Origin: an uncultured Fibrobacterota bacterium
GTDB lineage: Bacteria > Fibrobacterota > Chitinivibrionia > Chitinivibrionales > FEN-1185
Assembly (NCBI GenBank): GCA_963753345.1
Contig: CAVWBU010000049.1
Location: 160,001-224,000, forward strand
Length of the DNA: 64,000 nucleotides
Direction: 5' to 3'
The position numbers and the translations under genes were made by a program. The notes below the pieces were generated by a model. It was not told the DNA's origin. It ran no database searches and saw nothing but the letters and a program-made list of their open reading frames with translations. This document shows positions 1-8,831 of this stretch, piece by piece. The first letter of the stretch is position 1, and each line of letters starts with the position of its first letter.

Positions 1-1
1 G

Positions 2-700
2 GGAACCGGCTATGCCGAAGGCGAAAACCGCGCCACCACGGCGGCCGACAACGCCATCCACAGCCCGCTGCTCGACGATATTTCCATCGTGGGCGCCAAG
101 GGCATTCTCATCAATATCACGGGCGGCGACGACATGACATTGTACGATGTCAACGACGCCACGCAGACCATCTACGACGCGGTGGGCGAGGACGTTGAAA
201 CCAACATCATCTTCGGCGCAGTCACCGACACGTCGATGAGCGGCAAGATCCGCGTGACCGTCATCGCGACCGGGTTCAGCGAGGAGAAGCTGGAAAAGAA
301 GAAGGAGGAATCGAACGCCGCGAAACTCGGGCTCAAGCTTCCGGCGCAGAAATGCGCGCCGGCCATGGAGCGCCAGGCCGAGCAGATGTCGTTTGCGCTT
401 GCCGCGGCCGTCCCCAAAACGGATGAAAAACAATTTGTGGACGCGGTTCTCAGGGAAGACAAGATCGATGATGTGGTCGGAACGGTCTCTTCGGTCGCCG
501 ACGAAACCCAGCGGGCAGTCGCAACGTCGCTCGGCGGCCATGCAGCCGGATCGTCCCAGCAGCTTGATTTTCCCGCGTTTCTCAAGAAGGAAAAGGTTGC
601 CAAGAAAGACCCGCATTTCGTAGTCTCAAAAGGCAACATCATCGAGCACTACGAGGACGACATGGACGTGCCGACGTTTTTAAGAAAACAGATGCAATAA
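2..700 (+). CDS. ftsZ: Cell division protein FtsZ, 3' part (starts before window)
   Basis: GTGYAEGENRA..A..AI.SPLL.D.SI.GAKGILINITGG, NIIFGAV, IRVTVIATGF, and the C-terminal tail DMDVPTFLRKQM. Confidence 0.97.
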   Translation, partial: GTGYAEGENRATTAADNAIHSPLLDDISIVGAKGILINITGGDDMTLYDVNDATQTIYDAVGEDVETNIIFGAVTDTSMSGKIRVTVIATGFSEEKLEKKKEESNAAKLGLKLPAQKCAPAMERQAEQMSFALAAAVPKTDEKQFVDAVLREDKIDDVVGTVSSVADETQRAVATSLGGHAAGSSQQLDFPAFLKKEKVAKKDPHFVVSKGNIIEHYEDDMDVPTFLRKQMQ

Positions 701-770
701 CTCATCCCCCCGGCCCCCTTGACCTCACCCCTGCCCCCTCTCCCGCGGGGAGAGGGGAAGAGGGGAAAGG
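701..770. repeat. REP-like palindrome (CCTCACCC..CCCTCTCCCGCGGGGAGAGGG) directly after the ftsZ stop
   Basis: Hairpin CCCTCTCCC-GCG-GGGAGAGGG at 723-758; near-identical inverted copy at 24605-24637. Confidence 0.75.
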
Positions 771-801
771 AACCGAAGGCACCGGATTACAAGGAGCGCC
801 C

Positions 802-1005
802 ATGACCACTCTTGAAGCGAAGCTGATGGATCAGGCGACCGCGATACACGACAGGATATTTCCGTGTTCCTCGCGGAACGGGTTTGAGCATTGCTTTACG
901 CAGGAGCAGGGGAAACTGTGCTTCTGGTACAATACGGAAGACGAAAGCACACACCTGCTTATCGCTGACGAACTGGGCAGGATTGTGCAGACGATGCCGA
1001 ACTAG
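802..1005 (+). CDS. Small hypothetical protein (67 aa)
   Basis: AAGGAG RBS before ATG; protein-like sequence IFPC..F.HCFT..LCFWYNTED.ST. Confidence 0.7.
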   Translation: MTTLEAKLMDQATAIHDRIFPCSSRNGFEHCFTQEQGKLCFWYNTEDESTHLLIADELGRIVQTMPN

Positions 1006-1420
1006 CAGTTCTGTAATTATCGGATAAGAACTCCCACCGCCCGGGTTGTTTCCAGGGTACCCGGGCATCTCCGCTGGAGCGGGGGCCTGATTATGGGCTC
1101 CCGCACCCCCTTTACAAATGTAGAATGCGGATTGCGAATGTAGATTGAAAAAGAGGATGACCAGTTTTACCTTGATGGGTTATCGGCAAACCGCGAATGT
1201 CTTTCTTAACGTTTTGCCATTGCCTTCACACACGAGCTGATAGGAACCGGAGGCAATGCGAGGCAACCTCATGGTGTCTCGTATCATTTTGTCAAGAACA
1301 TCAGCGTTTCCTCATGATGATCGCCGGTTTCGAGGACAACCAGACGCGCTCCTGCCCGGCGGGTGCGCCGGTTACGTACCGTCGCCGGTAAGACAAGAAG
1401 GGCGGGAGATCGGCGCAATT

Positions 1421-2605
1421 TTACCGTATGACCTCTACGTCTTTCCTGTAGACCTTGCCATTCGCCGGGAGCATGACCAGGTATTTTCCGGTACGGCACG
1501 TAGCCGTGTTCCAGGTGACAGTCGACTGGCCTGGGCGGACGGCCTCGGAGAAAACTCTGCGGCCCTGCAAGTTGTAGATAGACACATTTGCATCAGATGA
1601 AACTCTTGGTAACTGTAGTGTTGCAATGCCACGGATCGGGTTGGAACATGTGAATTCATCACCACAGTATTCTTCAGATTTAGCCTCCCTGATCAGGTTT
1701 TCTGCAGTTTGAAAGTATGCGAAGTATGCACTGCCTACAATCATAAACATGCCGTTACCGTATGCGACAGAATAGAGGGCAGGAAAGCCCGCGCCTTTTC
1801 TTGTCCAGGTTATGCCATCTGAAGAAGTCCAAACTGCACCCTCTGTTTTTGTTGAATGGTATGGTGTATACCACCCTACGGCCATAAACTGGCCGTTGCC
1901 ATAGGCCACGGAACTGATACTGGTATCGGAAGTTATCCCAGAACTTGCTTTTGTCCATGTGATGCCATCAGACGAGATTATAGTGTTGGAACTACCAAAG
2001 GCCATAAATTGATTTTTGGCATAAATTATGGAAGCACAGTCATCAGTTGTATCTGAATATCTTATTGACCATGCCATACCATCAGATGAAGTTAGGATAA
2101 CAAGGGGATAATAACTCGCGGCCACATATAAGCTGTCCTCGTAAGTAACGAAATAAAGATTGTTAGTTATGTTTAAAATGTTTTCTGCCCAGGTCAAGGC
2201 GTCCGGGGAGGTCAAGATTACACAATTACCACCCAGAGTACCGCCCACGGCGACAAATTGGCCATTGCCGTAGGTAATGGAATTAGGAGATGCAGCAGAT
2301 ATACCCAAATTTCTTGTTGCCCAGGTCGAGCCATCAGATGAAGTTAGCACAAGTACACCACTATTAGTCCATCCAATAGCTACGAACTGCCCATTCCCAT
2401 AAACGATAGAGGTTATGTATCCTTCGATGCCCATGCTTTTGTACCCTCCATTGTTGGGAGAATAAACAAAAACCGAGCCCAATGGATCGGCACTTTCACC
2501 TACAGCCACAAACTGATTATCGCCATAGGTCACAGATGTCAGGTTAATAGATTGTCCGAAACATATACTTGCACATAAAAGCAACAACAACATTATCTTT
2601 TTCAT
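1421..2605 (-). CDS. Secreted beta-propeller-like repeat protein with T9SS-like C-terminal domain
   Basis: AAGGAGG RBS, signal peptide MKKIMLLLLLC, repeated S(I/V)xYGNGQFVAVG...TSSDGxTW units, CTD 'VSIYNLQGRRV..VTWN..GKYLV'. Confidence 0.85.
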   Translation of the reverse strand: MKKIMLLLLLCASICFGQSINLTSVTYGDNQFVAVGESADPLGSVFVYSPNNGGYKSMGIEGYITSIVYGNGQFVAIGWTNSGVLVLTSSDGSTWATRNLGISAASPNSITYGNGQFVAVGGTLGGNCVILTSPDALTWAENILNITNNLYFVTYEDSLYVAASYYPLVILTSSDGMAWSIRYSDTTDDCASIIYAKNQFMAFGSSNTIISSDGITWTKASSGITSDTSISSVAYGNGQFMAVGWYTPYHSTKTEGAVWTSSDGITWTRKGAGFPALYSVAYGNGMFMIVGSAYFAYFQTAENLIREAKSEEYCGDEFTCSNPIRGIATLQLPRVSSDANVSIYNLQGRRVFSEAVRPGQSTVTWNTATCRTGKYLVMLPANGKVYRKDVEVIR

Positions 2606-2630
2606 AGCTAACCTCCTTAAAGAATCATGA

Positions 2631-2847
2631 TCAACTCCCTATTACATACCACACATTTCCAGTTCCAGCAACAACCTGCAAAAAGTCGTATCGATTTACG
2701 AGATGCTTACCAACGCTTGTGTCGTCAATCAAATCTCCGGGGTATGGTATAATTCTACAAGAACAACCACTATTGTCTACTCTTTTAATAAAGTAGACTC
2801 TGCTGATCGCCAACCTTGAGAATGACGGCTAATCTGTCAAAGGACAT
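2631..2847 (-). CDS. Small protein with phage-fibre-like 'YFIKRVD..LIDD..NVWYVI' domain; apparent +1 frameshift near 2814
   Basis: AAAGGAGG RBS and ATG at 2847; removing one base joins it to the 2631-2813 ORF. Confidence 0.45.
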
Positions 2848-3427
2848 GGGTGCCTCCTTTGGACATTTAGGGTATCTTATTTCTCTGTCAGGCGTTAAAT
2901 TTCAGGAAAGGAACTCGTTGCACCGTCTCAAAGCTGTTGTCAAGCAAGATGTTTCAATGGCCTCCTGAGGTTTTCATTTCCGCGCTTGGTCAGGCCATTG
3001 GGAGGTTTTTGTTCGTGCGCGCAAGGAAGGTGTTTGAGCCCCCATCTATCACAATAATATATCCATATTCTCCGGAATGTGAAGATATATCTTCGGCGCT
3101 TGAAAAAAAGTGTTTTCTCTCAGAAACCGCCTGTTCGCGTCAAGACATCATCAACCCGCAACCGGCACCGGTCGCGTCAACTGGAATCCTGAGCAAGGAT
3201 CACCCATCACCGGTTAAAAGTCTGTTTCCATTCATGTTTCCAACGCGCCGTCATTTATTATCATCAACCTTACTAATTTTTTCAAACTTTTTCCCCGGAA
3301 CTTAAATATATTATACCTATATCAGTATCAGTATCCGGCACGCGTGCTTTTCATGATAAGGCACATTGCAGGGAAAAGAACCTGCAGTCCGTTGATACTG
3401 AAGGATCATCCAAGAAGATCCAATTTC

Positions 3428-3441
3428 TTAATCGGTTAACC
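3428..3441. promoter_or_regulatory. Putative LacI-family operator (TTAATCGGTTAACC) upstream of the GH3 operon
   Basis: Imperfect palindrome; exact 14-bp copy at 63985-63998 in another intergenic promoter region. Confidence 0.45.
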
Positions 3442-3565
3442 AGACTTTTAAAGGGGGAGCATGGTTGACGGAAAAACCGCATCCAGTTCACGTGACTGCT
3501 TTTCTTCCGCCGATTTCCTTCCCAAAAACTTAGTAATCAATTCAACCCAACAAAGGAGGGGGACA

Positions 3566-3970
3566 ATGGTTTTTCACAAACTCGCAATGGCAGGACTCAT
3601 CCTGTTGCTCGCATCAGGGGCGCTTTTTGCGCAGACGGTTGAGAAATTCAGCGCGTCATTCACGTTTCCCTCAACGATCACCTCCGCGGTGGGCAAGCAG
3701 TTGCAACCTTCACAGGTTTCGTTCTTCCGCGCGGCGGGTGTCGTCCTGCACAGGGGAATTTTCCTGCTCGACTGGAGCGTTCCCCCGGCAGCCGGTCAGG
3801 GACGGATTTCCGTGTATTCGGTGTCGGGTCATCTGGTGAAGAATTTTGTGATCACGAAGAATATCGGTTCACAGACATGCGATCTGTCCCGATCGGCGGC
3901 CGGCATCTATCTGGTCACAATTTCCTACGGCTTGTATGAGCAGAAACTCAAACTCGCGTTATACAGGTAG
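3566..3970 (+). CDS. Small secreted protein consisting mostly of a T9SS type A-like C-terminal domain
   Basis: AAAGGAGG RBS before ATG 3566; signal peptide ending ALFA; 'ISVYSVSGHLVK..AAGIYLVTI..KLKLALYR'. Confidence 0.8.
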   Translation: MVFHKLAMAGLILLLASGALFAQTVEKFSASFTFPSTITSAVGKQLQPSQVSFFRAAGVVLHRGIFLLDWSVPPAAGQGRISVYSVSGHLVKNFVITKNIGSQTCDLSRSAAGIYLVTISYGLYEQKLKLALYR

Positions 3971-3979
3971 GGGGAAACC

Positions 3980-6262
3980 ATGTTGAAAAAAATCCTTCTT
4001 ACCATTGTCCTGGCCGCGGGACTGCTGTATTCGCAGCCGGCCTCAGACATCGACACGGTGCTCGTGACGCCCGTGTTTCTCAAGCTGGTCGACAACTCGA
4101 ATAACGTTTTCAAGTACGTCGGCAAGGTGACCTACCAGCTCGTCGGCTGGTCCAACGACCAGTTCACCGCGTCGCTCTCGATCATCCAGGACGGCTCCGG
4201 CACGGTGGTGCCGCTTACCTCGGTGAAAGGCGACGGTTACGGTTCATTTACAAGATGGGGACTAAAGGGAATCTTTTTCGCGTGCCAGTTCAACGGCCCG
4301 CCGAGCGGGACCTACAAGGCGAAGGTGAGCGTGATCGCCTCGCAGAGCGACTCAGCCAAGTTTGTTGAAAGTAAGATCAACAGCCTTTCCAATGGCGACA
4401 AGCAGACCATCATCAATGGCGGATCGGCCGGCGGCGTGCCGGCAGTGGCATGGCAGGACGGCCCGTATGGCGTCCGCGGCGGGTATGCATACCCGGCCGG
4501 CGAGGGCATGGCGTCCACGTGGGACACCGCAATCGCCGAACAAGGCGGATATTACAAGGGTCAGGATTTCAGGGGCGTGGGCTCCTTCAACATCATGCTC
4601 GGCACCACCGTGAACCTGGTGCGCGACGCACGGGGCGGCCGCACGTTCGAGAGCTACGGCGAAGATCCGTTTCTCCAGGGCAAGATGGCAGCGGCGGACT
4701 GCCGCGGGTGCAGCAAGAGCGGCCTCATGGTTACTGTAAAGCATTTCTGCTGCAACAACGAGGAGCGTGCGCGAGGAAATTACCCGGTGTGGGCCACAGA
4801 GCGGACCCTGCGCGAACTGTATACCTATCAATTCGGCATGGCTGCGCTTGAGGGCGAGGCAACCGGCTTCATGACCGCGTACAATGCGGTGAACGGCTTC
4901 CATAACGCTCACAACAAGCACACGATAACCGATATTATCAAGAACTCATGGGGTATGAAGGGATACTTCCTTACAGACTGGGACGATGGCGGCGGCAATT
5001 ATCCTGATGCCGCCCAGGCCGGGCTTGACCTGCCTACCCCGGACACATGGGGCGGCGCTCTGGCGGCCATGGTGCCCGGCACCATTTCGCAAGCCTTTTT
5101 CGACGACAAGGCACGGCGCTGGCTATGGGCGCGCTATAGGACGCACTGCTTTGAGCCGGGATATACGATCCAGTCGACCTACCATGACTCCATCGACAAT
5201 ACAACGCACTACAATTACATGCGCCAGGCAACGCGCGAGGCAATGGTGCTGATGAAGAACGACAACAACATCCTGCCGATTGACAGAAATTCAAGCCCCG
5301 TGACGATTGCCTGCGTGGGTACGTATGCGAACAATATGCAATGGTTCGTTTCCGCAAGCAGCCTGGTGAATCCGAAGCATTTGACGACTGCCTCTGCCGC
5401 GATAAAAAAGATCGGCGGCACAAACGTGACCGTCAACACCGATTATGCGAACGCCGATTATGCAGTGGTCTGCATAGGGCCCATTGACATGGGCGAGGGA
5501 AACGACAGGGTGAATGTCAGCTTGCCGGATTCCGACAACGCGCTGGTTGCCAAGGTGCTTGCCGCGAATCCGCACACCATCGTGTTTTATGAAGGCGGAA
5601 GCTGGGCGGATTCCGGCGCATGGAACAAAGCGCCGGGGATCATCGCGGAGTTTTTTGCCGGCGAAGATCATACGCTTGCCTTTGCCGAGGTTCTGTTCGG
5701 CGACTACAATCCTGCCGGCAGGTTGTCCATGACCTTTCCCGCAGACTCGACGCAGCTTCCCGTGTGGGGCATCGGCGCTCCATGGAACACCTCGGGCGCG
5801 ACCAAGGATTTTTATGAGGACGCCTGGGAAGGCAGGGGATACCCGTATTACGACTATCATAAAATGACGCCGCTGTTCTACTTCGGCCACGGCCTGAGTT
5901 ACACGACGTTCCAATACAGCAACCTCTCAATAACGCCGGCCGGCGGATATCCGGGCGACACGTTCCACGTAAGCGTGGACGTGAAGAACACGGGCACGCG
6001 CGACGGCGACGAAGTGGTGCAGCTGTACCTGCACGACGAGCAGAGCGCTTTGCCTCGGCGGTACAAGGACCTGCGCGGCTTTGCCAGGGTTCCGCTCACC
6101 GCGGGCCAGACAAAGACCGTGAACTTCGGGATCACGGAACGCGACATGGAATACTATGACACCACGCAGACCGCGTGGGTGGTCGAGCCGGGCCCGATCG
6201 ACGTGCTCGTGGGCGCGTCATCGCACGACATTAGGCAGACAGGAACGATAACGCTGTATTAG
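3980..6262 (+). CDS. Glycoside hydrolase family 3 (beta-glucosidase-like), secreted
   Basis: DGPYG, GRTFESYGEDP, KHF, nucleophile LTDW, GEGNDR, FGHGLSYTTF, Fn3-like GDEVVQLY. Confidence 0.95.
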   Translation: MLKKILLTIVLAAGLLYSQPASDIDTVLVTPVFLKLVDNSNNVFKYVGKVTYQLVGWSNDQFTASLSIIQDGSGTVVPLTSVKGDGYGSFTRWGLKGIFFACQFNGPPSGTYKAKVSVIASQSDSAKFVESKINSLSNGDKQTIINGGSAGGVPAVAWQDGPYGVRGGYAYPAGEGMASTWDTAIAEQGGYYKGQDFRGVGSFNIMLGTTVNLVRDARGGRTFESYGEDPFLQGKMAAADCRGCSKSGLMVTVKHFCCNNEERARGNYPVWATERTLRELYTYQFGMAALEGEATGFMTAYNAVNGFHNAHNKHTITDIIKNSWGMKGYFLTDWDDGGGNYPDAAQAGLDLPTPDTWGGALAAMVPGTISQAFFDDKARRWLWARYRTHCFEPGYTIQSTYHDSIDNTTHYNYMRQATREAMVLMKNDNNILPIDRNSSPVTIACVGTYANNMQWFVSASSLVNPKHLTTASAAIKKIGGTNVTVNTDYANADYAVVCIGPIDMGEGNDRVNVSLPDSDNALVAKVLAANPHTIVFYEGGSWADSGAWNKAPGIIAEFFAGEDHTLAFAEVLFGDYNPAGRLSMTFPADSTQLPVWGIGAPWNTSGATKDFYEDAWEGRGYPYYDYHKMTPLFYFGHGLSYTTFQYSNLSITPAGGYPGDTFHVSVDVKNTGTRDGDEVVQLYLHDEQSALPRRYKDLRGFARVPLTAGQTKTVNFGITERDMEYYDTTQTAWVVEPGPIDVLVGASSHDIRQTGTITLY

Positions 6263-6356
6263 CAGGTTGAACGTTGACGGTTGACAAGCGGGGTACGTAG
6301 CAATGCCTTTCTGTCAACGGTCAACCGTTAACTTTCTCCAACATGAGGGGGAGGAC

Positions 6357-8630
6357 ATGAAATTCAGATTCATAGCAGCCGCGCTTTGTGCATGCGCGGT
6401 AATCGTTTCCGGCCAGCCGCTCACCCAGATAGACACGGTGCAGGTGACGCCGGTTTTTCTCAAGCTCGTCGACAACTCCGGCGGCGTCTACAAGTACAGG
6501 GGAAAGGTGTCCTACCGCATCATCGGGTGGGCGTACGACCGGTTCAACGTTTCCTTGTCGCTCATACAGGACGGCACCGGAACGGTCGTGCCGCTCACCA
6601 TGACCAAGGGCGACATCGGCCAGCTCACATGGCAGGGCGACAAAGGAATCCATTTCGCCTGCCAGTTCAACGGCCAGCCCACGGGCACCTACAAGGCAAA
6701 GATTTCGATCGCTTTGTCACAGAGCGACACCGCTGTTTTTATCGAAAACAAGATTGCATCGATGTCGAACGGTGACAAACAAACCATCGTAAACGGCGGG
6801 AGCGCGGCGGGCGTCGTGGGTCTGAACTGGCGCGACGGCCCGTACGGCCTTGGCGGCACCTGGTCCTTCCCCACGGGCCTCGCAATGGCCGCCACGTGGG
6901 ACACGGCCATCGTCGAAGAGGGCGGCCGTTTCATGGGAATGTGCTTCCGGGGACACGATTATAACGTCCAGCTGGGACCTTCCTGCAATCTTTGCCGCGA
7001 CAGCCGCGCCGGACGGACCACCGAATCATACGGCGAAGATCCCTTTGTAAACGGCAAAGGCGCCACCGCAGCCGTTAAGGGCGTGATGCGGGGCGGCACC
7101 ATTCCGACGCTCAAGCATTACTGCTGCAACAATGTGGAGCGCGCGCGGGGGTTCTACCCCGTGCACGTTTCGGAGCGGGGACTTCGCGAGCTTTACACAT
7201 ACCACTTCGGCATGGCTGCTCATGACGGCGGTACCGCCGCCATCATGGTAGCCTACAATTCGGTGAACGGCCTCCATAATGCGCAAAATCATCACACCAT
7301 GACCGACATCCTCAAGAACTCCTGGGGCCTGAAGGGATTCATCCTCACGGACTGGGACAACGGCGGCACCGGCAATGCTTCCATATTGGCATTGGCAGGA
7401 CTCGACCTGCCCACCCCGGGAACCTGGGGCGGCGGTCTGGAGGGACTGGTGCCTGGTACCATTACGCAGGGATTTTTCGACGACAAGGCGCGCCGCTCGC
7501 TGTGGGCGCGGTACAAAACAGGTTGTTTCGATCCCGGATACACAAGGACAATGTACACGGATTCCATCAACAGCACGAACATGTACAACTACGCGCGCCG
7601 GGTCTCGCGCGAATGCTATATCCTTCTCAAGAACGACAACAACCTGCTTCCGCTTGACAGAAGCGTCCCGATGACCATTGCCATGGTGGGGCCATGGGCC
7701 AATGAAATCCGGTGCGGTCCGGTCGGCAGCGCCCAGAACTGTCCCAGCAAGCACTACACCGCGCCGACGGCGGCGGTAAAACAGATCGGCGGCTCGAACA
7801 TCACGGTCAACAGCGATTACAATAATTGCGACTATGCGATCGTGTGCATCGGCCCCAACGATGAGGGCGAGGGCTTTGACCGCAACGAAGTATCACTGCC
7901 CGATACGCAGGATAAGCTGGCTGGAACAGTGCTCGCCGCAAATCCCGGCCATACTATTGTGTGGTATACCGGAGGCAGCACCGCGGACACGGGTAACTGG
8001 AACAAAGTCCCGGCGATTATCATGTCGTCTTATCCCGGTGAAGACCATGCCATGGCCCTGGCCGAGGTTCTGTTCGGCGACTACAATCCGGGCGGGAAAA
8101 CCCCGTTAACGTTCCCGCTGGACTCGACCCAGCTCCCGAGGTTCGGCGTGAACACTCCGTGGGGCGATACCGGCGATCCCTACGAGCCAGTGTGGGAGGG
8201 ACGGGGATATCCCTACTACGACTTCCACCATCTGACGCCGCTGTTCTGCTTCGGTTACGGCCTCAGTTACACCACGTTTGCGTACAGCGGTCTTTCGATC
8301 TCACCGGCCGGAGGGTATCCGGGCGACACATTTGCCGTTTCTGTGAATGTCCAGAACACCGGCAGCCGCGCCGGCGACGAAGTGGTGCAGCTGTACCTGC
8401 ACGACGAACAGAGTGTCCAGCCCAGGCGGTACAAAGACCTGCGCGGGTTCAGGCGCGTTCCTCTTAACGTCGGAGAGACAAAGACCGTCACCTTCAATCT
8501 TGTGGAGCGCGACTTCGAGTACTACGACACCACGCAGACGGCGTGGGTTATAGAGCCCGGGGCGGTGGACGTCCTCGTAGGATCATCGTCTCTCGACATC
8601 AGGCAGCAGGGGACGATTACGTTTTATTAA
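6357..8630 (+). CDS. Glycoside hydrolase family 3 (beta-glucosidase-like), paralogue of 3980-6262
   Basis: Same GH3 motifs (GRTTESYGEDP, KHY, LTDW, EGEGFDR, FGYGLSYTTF); GGAGG RBS before ATG 6357. Confidence 0.95.
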   Translation: MKFRFIAAALCACAVIVSGQPLTQIDTVQVTPVFLKLVDNSGGVYKYRGKVSYRIIGWAYDRFNVSLSLIQDGTGTVVPLTMTKGDIGQLTWQGDKGIHFACQFNGQPTGTYKAKISIALSQSDTAVFIENKIASMSNGDKQTIVNGGSAAGVVGLNWRDGPYGLGGTWSFPTGLAMAATWDTAIVEEGGRFMGMCFRGHDYNVQLGPSCNLCRDSRAGRTTESYGEDPFVNGKGATAAVKGVMRGGTIPTLKHYCCNNVERARGFYPVHVSERGLRELYTYHFGMAAHDGGTAAIMVAYNSVNGLHNAQNHHTMTDILKNSWGLKGFILTDWDNGGTGNASILALAGLDLPTPGTWGGGLEGLVPGTITQGFFDDKARRSLWARYKTGCFDPGYTRTMYTDSINSTNMYNYARRVSRECYILLKNDNNLLPLDRSVPMTIAMVGPWANEIRCGPVGSAQNCPSKHYTAPTAAVKQIGGSNITVNSDYNNCDYAIVCIGPNDEGEGFDRNEVSLPDTQDKLAGTVLAANPGHTIVWYTGGSTADTGNWNKVPAIIMSSYPGEDHAMALAEVLFGDYNPGGKTPLTFPLDSTQLPRFGVNTPWGDTGDPYEPVWEGRGYPYYDFHHLTPLFCFGYGLSYTTFAYSGLSISPAGGYPGDTFAVSVNVQNTGSRAGDEVVQLYLHDEQSVQPRRYKDLRGFRRVPLNVGETKTVTFNLVERDFEYYDTTQTAWVIEPGAVDVLVGSSSLDIRQQGTITFY

Positions 8631-8831
8631 AAAGAAACACGCGAGTCGGATGTTAAAGGTTGAAAGTTGAAAGCTGGAAGAAGAATTCCCTTTCAACTTT
8701 CAGCTTTTTTAGATGGGTTCAAGTTGTTTTTGTTGCGTAGAGGGTGTGCAATAACGATTTTTTTTCATGTTGTCCAACAGGCAAACAAGAGACAAATCCG
8801 TTCATATACAAAATTTTCATAGGGGGAATTC

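Noticed and set aside
2937..3305. 122-aa ORF between the divergent gene clusters
   Set aside because: TTG start without an RBS, no motifs, and it lies in a divergent promoter region
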